This document shows positions 48,401 to 62,700 of a stretch of 64,000 nucleotides of DNA, in pieces. Numbering within the stretch: position 1 is the stretch's first letter; the number at the start of each line of letters is the position of its first letter. A model generated the notes under the pieces. That model searched no databases. It saw only the letters and a list, made by a program, of their open reading frames with translations, and had not been told where the DNA came from. The stretch comes from Amphiscolops sp. MND2022. Its lineage: Eukaryota. The stretch spans positions 79,980,001 to 80,044,000 of the forward strand of contig OZ076409.1 of the NCBI GenBank assembly GCA_964187785.1, read 5' to 3'. Both the position numbers and the translations under genes were made by a program.

Positions 48401-50704
48401 ATATATGCTCAATGAGTTCATGGGTTGTCCACCTTTAGGTTTGAAAGTGGGTTAATGAGTTGTCCACCTTGTTGCCCTTATTGCCCCCTCTTTGTTTGGA
48501 TCAACACGTAAGGTGAATGGGTTGTCCACCTATTGGAGCATGGATTGTTCACCTCTCTTGTTCAAGAACAGGTGGACAACCCATTAACCTATAGGTGGAC
48601 AACCCATTAACCTAACACTTTGTGTGCCACATGCATAAGAAGCGCCTCCAATGGACCACGACACAAAAAAGTACAAAAACAGTGGTTCCCTGAAACATTC
48701 AACAACTTGTCAATCTAGCCGCATCTCAAAAACAGTGTTGACCCTGTGGGTGCTAGGTGGGCAGCCGATTAGCTTAGCTCTCAAGTGTTTTTTTCGTTTG
48801 ACCACTTCCAAGTATTTGTAGTTCTATGTTTTTGGGGGGTTGTGTGTTGGTTTAACCTTGTGCTTGGTTGGTCACATGATTAGTTCGCAAACACAACAAC
48901 CATGACAACAACAACCAACAACAACAATCCCAAGAAAAAAACAACAAATGAACAAGAAAATAGACGACAACAACAACAAAACTTAACAAAACAAACCAGA
49001 GTCACGGTCAGCGGAAGGGAAAAAAGAGGAGAATAAAACGATAATATCATGATATTCATAGAAGGTGATTGTGCAAAAAAACAAAAGAAGAATAAAAACA
49101 TTCCGTTCCACATATAAAAATAAGAAACCAACAAAGAAACAAGGAACTAAGGCAAACATAGAAAAGTCTGAAATAGCAATAGTAGCACTAGTGAGGGCAA
49201 AGTAGGGAGAAAAATAAACACAAAACACAAGCAGCACAAGATGAATAAAGGCAGACAACAACACGCAACGAACACATTCAACACCCACAAGTTGTCAAAA
49301 TTCCAAGAACCTCGGGAGATGAAGGGAACATTGGTTTAGATGCCAAAAGAACAAACAAAAATCAAAAAAAAAAACAACAAAGAACTAATACCACAAACAG
49401 CAATGAGTTGATTTGGGTGGCTTTCACCATCAGTTTCTCATCAAATGTTCGTCTTTGTCGTCATCAATCTTTCCTTTTCTTTGTTCTTCCTCTTCTATTA
49501 AGTCTTCATCATCTTCATATTTCCTTCCTCTAATTCTTATTCTAACTGTCATTGTTGTCACTTGTTTTTCTTTTTTCTGCCTCTTTGTCTTTCTGTTGTT
49601 CCTCCTTGGCTTCTCATTTATCTTCTCCTTTGGTTTTTAGTTAGTTTTTTCTTCTTCTTTTTCTTCATCATTCTCTTTGACCAGCTAGCTCCACGAACCA
49701 ACCCCCGCCACCAAATTCTGGGACAAATTCTACCTACCACACGCACCCAAAGCGAGGAAAACCCCGCAAAAAATACTACACCTCTACAGCATCCTTCCTT
49801 GAAGCCTAAAACACTATAAAAACAGGTGTTTTTGCATTTTTGGGCTCTCAAGAGCCAAGCACTACGACACCCCTACTACACCCCCAAAAAATCGACACCT
49901 CAAAAAAACATTGTTTTATAGTGTTTTTGTGTTTTAAGACAGAAAAAAAGGGGCGTAGTAGAGGTGTAGTCGTTTTATTTGGGGGGGAGATTTTTTGTCT
50001 GCTTTGGGCCCAGGTAGGGCGCCGCCTTGGTGCCGTGTTGTGTCTGTTCTTGATTGATTGAGAAGTTCAGTTTGGAGTGACTTCCAGTTGCACAGCCCTT
50101 GATGATCATTCTCGGGCTGATGTCAGAAATATACATAGGTGTAGTAGTTTTGGTTTCTTTTGCCCCTTTTGAGGGGTGGTAGGTAAAGTTCATCCTGGAA
50201 TTGGGGTGGTGGGAGGTTTGTTTCTGGAGATACTTGGTCAAAGAGAATGCTGAAGAATGAGAACAATAATAATAAGAAAAGATGAGGTGGAGGAAGAACA
50301 ACAAGTAGCAGAAAAGAGAAGCCAAGCAGGCACGGCAATATGAATGTGAGGAAGAAGAAGACAATAATGATAGCAAGTGATAAGAACGAATTGAAGACTA
50401 ATGACAATATACAAGTACAAGAAACTGATGATGGATAGTAAGAAGAAGATGAAGACTAAGCAGAAGAAGCAAGAGCATAAAGGGAAGATTGCATGACAAC
50501 AAAGATGATAAGTATGATGTGTAGAGAGATGATGGAGGCCACCCAGCTCACCTCATGGTTCTTCTTGCTGTTTTTTTTTTGGGGGGGGGGTTCTTTGCCT
50601 TGTTTTGCCTTCTTCTCGATAAACTCAGAAGGGCAAAAAGGGCAAATAAATGCCTGCATTTCCAGAGATTCTTGGGAATCTGGCGGCAACTTGTGGGTGT
50701 TGAA

Positions 50705-50735
<31 letters not shown>

Positions 50736-53700
50736 TTGCTTTGCTCCCCCTCTTTCTCATCATCTTGTTCTGCTTGTGTTTCTGTTTCTTCGTCTTTTTT
50801 TCCGTTACCGCCCCCCATTCGTGCCACTCTTGCTATTTCAGATTTCGTTGTATGCCTGTCTTTGTTTGTTATTATTTGTTGCCATCCTTTTTTCTTTGGG
50901 AGCAAAATGGTTTCTTCTTTTGTTTTGTTTTGGTTGTTGTTTCTTGCTTTCTTTCTTCACCATAATTTTCCCTAACTATCCTTCCTCAGTTTCTATTTTT
51001 TCTGTTGCCCTTGCTTCTGGTTTCTTAGACTTTGTTCAATGTCGATTGCATTTGTTCATCTTGTTGCTTTGTTTTTTTGTAATGTTTTGTTGTAATGGTT
51101 GTTGTGTTTGTGAACTCCTATCAGGGCCAACCAAATAGAAGATTCAGCAAACACGCAACCACCAAAACATAAACTTAAATAATAATTGGAAGAAGTGGCC
51201 AATTGAGGGTTCAGCGGCTTCCCACCTAGCACCCGCAGGGTCAAATTTTGAGGTGATATTAGTAGAGACTAATTTTTTGTACTTCAACTTGTTGAATGTC
51301 TCAAGGGCTTTCAAAATGTCCATGTGCGATGGAGGCAATTTCTTTTGCAAATGGGACTCAAAATGTCAGCCCAATGGGTTGTCCATTTGGGTTAATGGGT
51401 TGTCCACCCTTTAAGGCCATTTTCGAACGAGCGTGGTGCACAACCCATTCACCCATCGGTGGCCAACTTGCTAGCCTCCCATTTTTGGTGGACATGCCTG
51501 GAACCAAAATGCACAGAGTGGCTTCATGCGACACAGCTTCTCATAATGCAAAAGCGGCGGACAACCCATTAACCCACTTTCAGACCCAAAGATTTTTTCC
51601 AACCAATTGTGTTATGTACCAGTTATGATTTGAAATTAGACTGTGCATAATATTTCGATTGAAATTATTTTTCAATTTGTTAAATTACCCTTCTGAAATA
51701 ATAGTTATTAACGTTTTTGACATTATTCTCAAATCACGACTACGTTAACATAATTTCTCAGTATGAAGTACATTGAACTCAAGAATCTTGCAAGGAAAGC
51801 ATTTCCTTGCAAGATCTTTCAAGGAAAAAATTTCCTTGCAAGATCTTTCAAGGAAAACATTTCCTTGCAAGATCTTTCAAGGAAAACATTTCCTTGCAAG
51901 ATCTTGCAAGGAACAAATTTCCTTGCAAGATCTTACAAGTATTTGCATTTTTACAAGGATCTTGCAAGATCCTTGCAAGGAACGCATTTTTTCTCGACCC
52001 GGGTCAATATTGCCAAACACCTTAATCAAAATGGTTTATTTGGGCTATCCATACATTGAGTACAACGTAAGCACGTCTTGGTTGTTTTTCACAATTTGAT
52101 ATTTTATAATGTTTTCAGTTTTTCCTCTTTCAGATTCCACCTATAGACAGTGAATCAAAAAGCGGAAAAGTTCTGGAGCACTTGAGAGGACAGATCAGTT
52201 TCTCAAACGTTTCATTCTGCTACCCCACCCGCCCTACTGTTAAGGTAACCACAATATCTGTTCTTGAATAACTTTTATTGCTGGGCGACTCAAACTTACC
52301 TAGAAGAGCAAAACCAACTTTCGTCTAGTTTTTTCCCCAATTATCCAATTATAAAAAGATATTGCCATTTTAGTACTACTTTTTAGCCATTTTTACTACT
52401 TGCCCGCCGAGTTTCGGGAAATAAACTTCCTTCGTCTTCTGGTTTGTAATCGATGAATACCAATAACATCTCCAAAAACAACAGACTTTTTGTTTATGAA
52501 TTCATTTGCCAATGTCAATGTAAAAGAATTCCGTTTAGAGTTGAATCACGGCACAAAACTGCGGACGCCACAAAATGGCCAATTTTTGGGCATAACAAAA
52601 CGGCCGCTTAAATAAAAGTAACAAAACGGCCGATTATGTGACTGTAACAACACAGCCAAATTTAATGCGTAACAAAAGAACCTGATCAACTACCGAGACA
52701 CACCTATACTGCCCTACGTGGCCAGCAGCTGGTTTCGACGAAGGCTGACCTAGAAGGGCGCAAAGTGTCCCCGAAGAAGAAAAGCCGAGTCATAAAGCCA
52801 TTTTTGCAGTTTTTGGAGCGCCAAATTCAAAAACAAATATATGGGATAATCAATGCGATAGAATGATGCTTCTAAATTAGCCAATTTATTGCTTTTAAAA
52901 GTTGGCCGTTTTGTTACGTTTTCAAAATCGGTCATTTATTTTGTGATACATCCGTAAAATGACTTCTTGGGAGCAACTCATCAAATTATCAAATTCTTGA
53001 AGTTTTGAATAAAAGCCTGAAATCATAGTTTTGGTATAGAGTGGATAAACTTTTAAATTTTTGATTTCTCAGATACTTTTTTATTTTCAGGTGCTAAAAC
53101 ATTTCACTTTCAACGTGCAACCAAATCAAACTGTGGCCTTAGTGGGTTCTAGTGGGTCTGGGAAGTCTACTATCATCAACATAATACAAAGATTCTACCT
53201 CCTCAGAGAAGGCAATGTGAGTATTTGTCTTTCATTTTCAGTATTTATTGCTTTTTAAGGGCTCGCTTCAGGATTTTGACACTGAAAATAAATTGTTTCG
53301 AATGAAAATTTTCTTGGTTTGGAATTTTCATCGTTTTTTTTCAAGCATTTGGTTTTTGTAGTAGTAATTTTTCTGTATTTATCATTGCCAATTATTTTTG
53401 TCTATATTCAATTTATCAATTTAGTAACCAATACCAAGATGGGAACGTCTAAAGTCGGCGCTATATCTAAGGCTCAAAAAGCGCAAAGTTTTTGGAATAT
53501 GCACAGGACGATTTTTGTGAAAAGTTCAGAAAACGGCTTCGAGGCACCCAGAGGGTGCCTTTCATGCTCCATGAGACTCGAAAACCACTTTTTCCTCCAC
53601 TGTAAAAAACATTTTTTGAAAAAAAAATGATTATTTTCGGAAAATGTTGCATAGTGCCGAAAACCCTAAGCGTCCTCTATGCTCGAAAAACGTTTCGTTT

Positions 53701-56700
53701 CTTGTAAAAGTCGAGGGGGCTTCGATAAAAACAAATTGGAAAAAAGTCGCATAGAGCCAAAAAACGACGGTCTTAAAAAAACAAATTCTGATAAAGCGTG
53801 CTGGTTCACTGAGAAAAGATACTCATTTTGAAAAATCTCACAATGCCAAAAATTGTAAAAGACGAGATCCTTTGGACTTTTTCAAAATCCAGTTTGTTGC
53901 AAAATATCAAAAACATTGAAGACATTAAAATATTTTCGAAGAAAATAAATGAGAACTCTGAACAGTCTCATAATGCCGAAACTTGTAAAAGGTGTGACCC
54001 TTTGCGCTTTTTAAAAATCCAGTTTATTGCAAAGTATCAAAAACATTGACGGGAGACCCTTTGATCAATCAAAAAATTTTCAAAAAAAGTCTCATAGTGT
54101 CAAAAAACATGGAAGTTAAAAACACCAAGATATCCAAAGGGGGATCCTTAGTATAATTTCGAGGTTCTGGACGTCGGTTTGTTTTGGACGAAGTTTTGAC
54201 ACATTCAGTATAATTTGGACATGCCAAGTTCAAGTTGAACAAATGAACAAAAAAGAGGACCCTTCACTGTGGGGTCTGTGGTCTGGAGAAAAAAGGAATA
54301 AAGGGTCACTGTAAGATTCGGGCATTTTTGCGTCACCAATAGCACCGACTAAGAATACAAATCTGTTGAAATTTTGGGAATTTTTACTTCTCACTGAATC
54401 ATTTTGACTGAAGATTCATGGAATCTTAAATTTAGGTAAAACCATTCGCCAAGAGCATGAATGTGTGAGTTTCCTCTTGCTTCAATCACCAACGTTTGAA
54501 CACTAGTTGACAATTTTTTGCCCTATTTAATTTCATACATTGTTTCCTTATATGGAATCTAGTTTCCATAAAATTCAAAACATTATATGACCATCCTATG
54601 ACTGAAATCTTTCCATATATGGCCATCGTATGGCATGTTTCAATAAAATATTACAGTAGAACTAAGTTTTTTTGACAGTTTTTTCGAATAGTAATGGCAT
54701 TCAGTTCTATAAATTGAGATTTGATACGGAGAGCACGCCAGTATAACCTCCTGTATCAACAACGGATACATTGGAGACCATTTCATACACTAAATATATA
54801 GATGTTATGAATGAAATAAACAACTTTTCATCTGCGCATTGACACTTTTGTTATTTTCCGTCCACATAATTGAGGGAGGAAATTCATGATCTGTGTTGCG
54901 TTTTTTTCCAAATTCTGCCAAATCTCCTCCCTGTTTCACCTCACTTGACCAGTAACACTAAAGTTACTTGAAAATTTTTAATACTTGACTATTCTAGTTG
55001 TAACGGCTTGTTTGATCCCTTCACTTGACCAGCAAGTCGTACTTCGTAAAACCTAGTCACCATGGCGCAGTTGCTAATTCGTCTGACTTGTAGACACGAG
55101 ATCGTGAGTTCGAACCCGTGCTGATGCGTTACATTTTTAGCGGAAAATACTTAGCGGGCGTCTTGTTCAACATTTCCGTTTTCAGTAGAAATTGTAATAT
55201 TGGTTGAGCAGCAGCAGCAGTCAACAAGTTAGTCAATAACGTCAGTGTTATGTCACTGAATTATGCTATTTTGCTCTGTATGTGAAGCAAAAAGGACAGT
55301 ACTTTGATCATTGAATAGCTTGAATGTCTTTTCTTTTGTATGGTCATTGTATGGCTAAATTGTTTCCATACATCACACTAAAAGTTTTTTATGATGATCT
55401 ACATGTTTTTTCTATGGAGGCCAACCCCGAAGAGATATTTTGACGAAACAGATTTTGATTAAGAATTGTTCAATCAGTTTGGTTTTTCTAGGTGATCGAG
55501 CTTTTTTGAGAAGTCATGAACAATGAAATGAGTTAATAGTCAATAACTCTTTCCGTTTTTCAAGCAGCACAACCGCAACATTGGTTTTCAGCAATCTGAA
55601 ATGCATTCCCAATTAAAATGTTCGTAGTATGATGCAAAGGGGAAAAATTTCAATAAAAAACCTTTCAAACAAAACTATTCTGATTATACAGGTAAAAATT
55701 GACGGCGTCGACATCGAAACTCTCAACGTGAAGTGGCTCCGAGACCAGATCGGAATCGTGTCTCAGGAACCAATCCTATTCGGCTGTTCTATCAGAGAGA
55801 ACATAGAATACGGCCGAGATGACGTCACTGCCGAGGAGATCGAACGAGCTATTGACGAAGCAAATGCTCGGGAGTTCATCAGCAAATTGCCTCAAGTAGG
55901 TATTTCTAGAGTTTGAACTTGAACTCAGTCACATTTTAAAGAAGATGGAATTTGGTTTGTTGCATTTAAGGGTCTGGATACTTTGGTAGGAGATCGGGGT
56001 TCGCAACTGTCGGGAGGTCAGAAACAGAGGGTGGCCATTGCGAGGGCCCTTGTCAGAAATCCCAAAATACTCCTATTGGACGAAGCCACCTCTGCACTCG
56101 ATAGCAACTCCGAACGCATAGTGCAAGAAGCACTTGATAAAGTAAGCATCACAATTTTCTTTTTCTTGATTCAATTATGGTGGAAAAACGCGTCAAATAA
56201 AGAAACCTGTCGACATCTGTGTGCTGGCTTCGAAACATTTCATACGTTTTTGGGTATTTGGAAGTGACTATTATAAATCGAGAACTTTGGGATCCTAATT
56301 TCTTTTTTGCAATTGCATATGAAGTTAAATTAAACTTGCTTCAGGCACGTCATGGACGGACAACTATTGTAGTGGCTCACAGATTGTCAACAATTAGCGA
56401 CGCAGATCGTATAGTGGTGTTGAAAAACGGCAAAATGGCGGAAGTTGGAACTCACGAAGAACTTTTGAGACGCAAAGGCGTTTACGCAGACATGGTTTTC
56501 AATCAAAGCATTGACGAAGGAGGTACTGTTTCCATGTTTTTCTTAAGAGGTGTTGATGAAATTGTTTTAATGACTGGGGAAAGTGAATTTTATTTGAATA
56601 ATACGTAATGTCCGAAAAAATTTAAATTCAAGCGCTGATGCATACTTCTAAAAAGTATTTAACATTGAAACGTTCACGCTGGGAGTTTCTCTGATTTTCA

Positions 56701-59700
56701 CTATTATGTATGCATACATAACTCATAACTCATGAGTAAAGTTGTTTGTTCTTATATAATGTCTTAGGAGCTGAATTTAACCAACCGATAAGTTTCAAAA
56801 ATGATTGACTTGGGCTAATAAATTTCTATTTGAGATCTATCATTCTATTGGAAGGAATTTCACCTGATAATTGCGGAATTAGAAGTTAGCTGCGAGTTAG
56901 TCAAATTATCAAATCATCAAATCTTCTACATGTGGTGAGTGTAAAACAAAACAAACAGCGTCATTGTTGAAAAAAAACTTTTTGGCCATCATGATCTTCT
57001 CGTACGTTCCGTAGCCCGGTTGGCTAGTTTCACCCATAATGGGGCAACAGGTCTGGGAACGAGAGTGTAGGTACATCTGGGTTTTTTGAGATACAAAGTT
57101 CGCTTCGAACAGTAGGTTGATGGTTCGCTTGCTTTCGTGTACAGACGAAAACGCCCCAGACAAAGCGCCGTAGTCAAAAGCGCCCCAATACAAAGCTCTT
57201 CGCTCAGAAGAACCAATTCGGCAATATACTTTTCCAAAATGAAAAACTCATAATTATTCAATTGGAGTGGAAACTTTTTTGAAAAAGTTTTTTGTAGAAA
57301 CGAGTCACCAAATCCCATGTAGTCTTTGATTTGGGAGAATATGAATGGGGCGCTTTTGACTGCGTATTGTTGGCGCTTTTGGTAAACACTTGCTTTAAAT
57401 CCTTGCTTTCAATGCGAATTTTTGTCTTTCCAATTGAATAATACTCAGCACAACTTAATCAAAACGGCCTTCAAGTACTTTCTAACCGCCTCGAAATTAT
57501 GAAAGCTGATAATTTGATAAACTTTTTTATGGCGGAAAAAATCAGGTGCCCAGCGGGCGTCTGATTTTAAAAACACAAATTTGTTTTCGTTGAATATTAA
57601 AATCTCAAAAGTTTCGTACATATTCAATTCCCAAGTCTTCAGGGGGAAGGTTTATTATACTATACAACATACATCTGCTGTAATCCTGGTGTGATCTTTT
57701 CCAGCCGACAACTGGAAAGATGGATCAAAAAAAGGTTATTATGCTCAAAAAAGAACTTCGAAAATTGGGTTGAAGTTTCCCAAACTTCATTGGGTAAAAC
57801 ATTGCATCATTTCATCGTAGTTGCATGCACTATTATTTCCTGCCCCAATTCAGAATCATGATCTCTTTTTTCGTGAAGTCAAATCGTCGTCTGTTACCCA
57901 AGGTTGACCCTCATAGTTCTAACATTCCCGTTGCAGAGAGATCGTAACACAATCGTATCAATCATGAACAGTTTTCTCGAACAGTAATTAAATAAATTAG
58001 CTAAGTCTTTATGTTGCAAAATTCATTGATTTTTCAGGTGCCGCCTGCTTTTGCAACAGCTTTTTTTAGTAACTTCGTGTTTATTCTGTATTGATCATAA
58101 ATCATATCTGTAGTTTGAAATTGCTCAAAAGCATTGAATTCATCTGAGTTTTTGAATCAACATTCAGCTTGTAAGAGGCAGGCACTGTCACTTGCAATGG
58201 TTTAGCATCTTTAAAAACTCTTCAAGGCAAAATAGCTTCGACTTGTGGGGACACCTTTTTGGTGAGACAAACGAGTTTTCTAAATGATATATTGTCTTTT
58301 CATACTGCTATTTTGCTATGTAGACTCATGATAGATACGACTGCAATTAATCTATTCCTTAGCAAGCAATTTTATTTTTGTGATAATTTTGATATTGCTG
58401 CAATATTTATGTATTACTTGAAACTGCGATTGCATTTTAACAATGCGATTGTGTGTCTAATTGATCACAAAGTATCAATTTCGATTAAAGGCAGATCAAT
58501 AGTGCAAATAAGGAAACGCGTTCAACTGGTCCAATTTTCTGGTCCAGTTGACGCGCTGTCCACCTTTACGCTAGCCAATTACACTGCAGTACGAAAATTA
58601 ACATTCAATGTAGTCAAAAGGACCACGCTACTACCTATACATATAGATTTCATTCAAAACTTGAAAACAATTAGTCATGTAAATATTTGTTTCAGTATGT
58701 CTACTCCTGTTATATAATTGGTTTTTGCTATTTATAGTCGCAATGATGAAATAGATTCATTTAGCTCATTGTCACCCTAATTTCTGGGTGTCAAAGCCTC
58801 CAGAGTATACATGGCAGACTCTCTTATAGGGTGGGTTAAATACTGTTCATTCATCAGTACCGTATGACACTTAGAACTCAATACAATCTGTGCATTTAGA
58901 GAATTCTCCAATATAACCTTGAAACAGTGACTCTATTTTGTGATGCCTTCAACTGGGAAACAGAAAGCCAAAGAAAAACGCTCTAGGCATTCAGACATTA
59001 TATCGTTTATTGAAAATATGGATGTAATGTGGGAAAGTTCACTAGGAATGAATATAAGAATTGTCGGGATGATTTTCAAACTGAAGTAGACTCAGCGTCC
59101 GACGGACTAGATGAATTTTGGGTTTTTATTAAATACAAATAGCAATGAAAATAGTGAAAATTTTGTTGAAACAGCCAGACTGATTAATTCTGAAAGTACT
59201 ACTCAAATGTCAAAGAAACTTGACAGACCTCAATTCCCGGCTTCCTCAGGCTACAAACTCAGCAGTTACTAAGAAAGTCTTTCAGACCATACACAATAAT
59301 CTAGGCACGCAAAGAAACTGGATTAGTGCAAATGTGGACCTTCGGTCCGACGGACTACCCAGGAAGTCCGAAGTCGAAATTAGCCACAGTATGTTAGAAA
59401 GTTGTTCCAAAATGGATTCTAATCAGTGTATCCACAATCGCTACAGAAGGGAGAGTTCAGTAGATTCCCATAACAGCGATCTAGGTTGCGACAACCGTAC
59501 TACAGCCTTCCAAAAATGGCTATGGTTTTGGCGTGATCGTTGCCAGATCGTACTACAACTTGCATGGTTAGGCGAACTAGGTATTTTCGAAGTGCTTTTG
59601 TTGTGCAACTTGCGTTGCACGGGTGGAAAAAAGAACTTATGAAGTGTCAAATTTAGCATAATTATGGATATTCGAAGGTTGTGAATACAGTCGTTGTGTC

Positions 59701-62700
59701 CAATTCGCATGGTTATAAGCATTCCTTACCGTTGCAAAAGCAAAAAAAAAACCTGTAGTCATCATTTAAATTTTACTGATTCTGATTTGTTCTGATACGC
59801 TGTAAATATGCACGATTGCTCTGTAGTTAGTTGAAAGTATATTCACCGCGACTCATTCTTAATGGTGCCTAAGTGCTTGTAATTTTAGTTGCTGCTCAAA
59901 ATGGCGACTACCACAAAGAATTTGAACAAAATGGGGAGCTTTATGACAACGATAGAAACGTAGAGCAAGAAAAGCTAGACGAAGCAGAAAAACCTGAAGA
60001 TCAAAAGGTTAAATAAAATTCTGGTGCTTGAAAAAATAAACTAGTGGATTTTGAAGCTAGTACGAATCTACTACATGCGTGTTACACCTCAGCTGAGAAA
60101 GAATGTACAGCATCAATGAAACTTTAGGACAAAACGCATTCTATAAACAAATATGTACATTTTGTAAATTGTGGAAATTCCACTTTTTAGATTGGTAAAG
60201 AATACTTTATCAAATGACCACGTTTCAGGAGGAGCTGCCCGGGTTCGGAGACATTCTGAAACTGAATTTTCCTGAATTGGGCTACATCTTGCTCGCATGT
60301 TTGGCTGCTATCGTTTCATCATCAGTGACACCTTTCTTCGCCATCTGTTTTGCCGAAATCATGGAGGTATTTTGTCACAACATTAGAGTTTTCTTATCAA
60401 ATGCTGGTAAATAATTTCTTTCTATCATTGGCTTCTCAAGTATCGTGGCATCTCCGAGATAGTGACTTTAATGAATCATTAAACTCTATTTCGATTTTCT
60501 AAATAAAAAAATTATTTGTCTCGGATTTTTGAATTGACGCTGATGATTTTTAGTCACCAAATTTTCCCAACTTTTACAGTGATTAGTTTTCTTTTTGTCC
60601 GATGACAGAATGTATCTAAATGGCTTTTTAAATACTTTTCACCTAAGATCTAAAGTGTACCCAAAAAAGCCATACCCAAAAAAGCCAAAGAGCCAGATCT
60701 AAAAGCTCTATACATGCAAAAAATGGCTTCTTTCCAAGAAACTACCTCAACGTTTGATGAGAACTTATGTTATTTAAAATTACGCGGCTATTTTTTCCAG
60801 GTATTCGCTTTACCCAAAGATGAAATGGAAGAGCAGGCTCTCTATTGGTCAATAGTTCTGGCAGCCGTTGGACTCATTTGTTGCGTTGCTATGATAATAG
60901 AGTCATGGGCGTTGGGTATCTCAGGGTCAAGACTCACTGAGCGACTGCGCACATTATCTTTCCACTCCATGATCAGACAGGTCTGTAAATTATCTCTGAA
61001 CTTTAGCTTCAGTCACTCATTTTCAAATTGCCTAACACTTGAAAACCATTAACAAAAATTAATGCACTCCATTCCAATGGAAAAACTTGATTCTTTAATG
61101 TCATTCATCACGTGTACACGAAACATAAATTTTTCAATGTCTACGAAATGTCATTGTCGAAGTGGTGAAAGGTTTTCAAACAATTACGACTCGAGTCACC
61201 TAGGGTATACCTTGATACAAGTTTAGCCGGTCATGACTGCAACACTAGAAGAAAACAAAAAGGTCTGCTACCTTCTACATATAACAGACTGGTTCTAAAA
61301 CAGCGAAGTTTAACAATTATACTCAAAAAAGCCTACAATTGGCTAAGTTTACTCAATTTAATTCCTCCGGAACTGAACTTTACTGCGGAGCAAGTCAATA
61401 AAATTGTAAGAAACATAAATGAAGTCTACGTAATCGATAACAAGGAACTATTCGAACTCTTTTTCCAATTCCACAAAACCTGAAAATTTCTTGAGAAATA
61501 AAAAACGACGGTTGTTGTTCACAGAAAATTGGTTCTCATGGGCGAAAGCTCAACGAGCTGATAAGCTCTTCTTTTGTCCTTTTCTAAAAATAACTATAAC
61601 GTTTAGTTTATAGTGTAACTTTTAGAATAAATAGACGATTCTATTTCTATTCTATTCTATCCATGTACATTTTAACTGAAATGAAGCTACCCAATACAAC
61701 GTTACATTAATGAACATGTCTGACAGCAAACGTTAACAGAATAGTTACGGTAGACATAAACCGAAGTCAAAATTCTATGAAATATCCAACAAGTCTGTAG
61801 GTTTGACAATCAATCGCCGTGCTGGGGTGGTCGGTCACCTATGATGAAACCTAAGCCGAGTTGGGATCTGCAGCGTTTCCCGTGGTTCACCATGGGCCCA
61901 CTAGTAAAAACAATGCAATTTTTTTAGAAAATGATGTAAAAACCGTCATGTGACCTTGTAACGTTGTAACTTAATGACAGTCCAGCATTCACCGCTGCAC
62001 TATCAGCCCTAGTATTTTGTTTAATTTGACAGGGTTATAATGGCTCTGAAACATTGCCTACTTTACGGTTTCGGGACATCCGGTGCCTAGAACTGCCACT
62101 AATGCTACTGAGGTGAAAAACATAACCTTCTGGACTCGAAAATGAAATGATGACAGTCACAAATCACGTTTCCAATACTTTGTCCAAAATTCAAAGATCA
62201 ATTTTTGTGGTCACTGTTGACGTGCGCTGGTGTCCCAGCACAAGTTGGAGCGATCCCACTGAAGGCTGCAAAAACCCAAAACTCTTCAAATAGCTTCAGG
62301 CAATACTTTTGTGAAAATTGTTACCTGTCGAATAGTGCCAAGAAAATTGAAAAAAGTAGTGACCTTGGACACTCCCCAGTGCAAAACGTCTTGACTGTTT
62401 AGCTACTGCTCGCACTGGCAGCTATACGATAATTTTTTGAAGTGTTGCTTGTAGAACAAAACAAAGTGTTTAAATTCAGGATGTGATAGTTTGATTGGTA
62501 GCATGAATGGTTGCAGCTTAAAAGGGACATTTATCAAACTGGAGTTCATTCAATTTTGTTAGCGTTTCTCTTGAAACTCTTCGCAAGATTTTGCAAGATC
62601 TAACATTTTCTTAGCGTTCTTGGTACGAATCTCACCATGGTTCTTGCCAAGGTTTTCACCAAATTGCAAAGTTGAAATTAAGAAAACCAAGAGTTTTTAT

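Noticed and set aside
48880-51138. Numerous hydrophobic ORFs resembling membrane proteins
   Set aside because: Low-complexity T-rich/A-rich and (GT)n DNA inside an ABCB intron.
57600-59722. ORFs 58259..58717, 59220..59642 and 59441..59722
   Set aside because: No recognisable motifs or phase-compatible splice sites; treated as intron or decayed TE.
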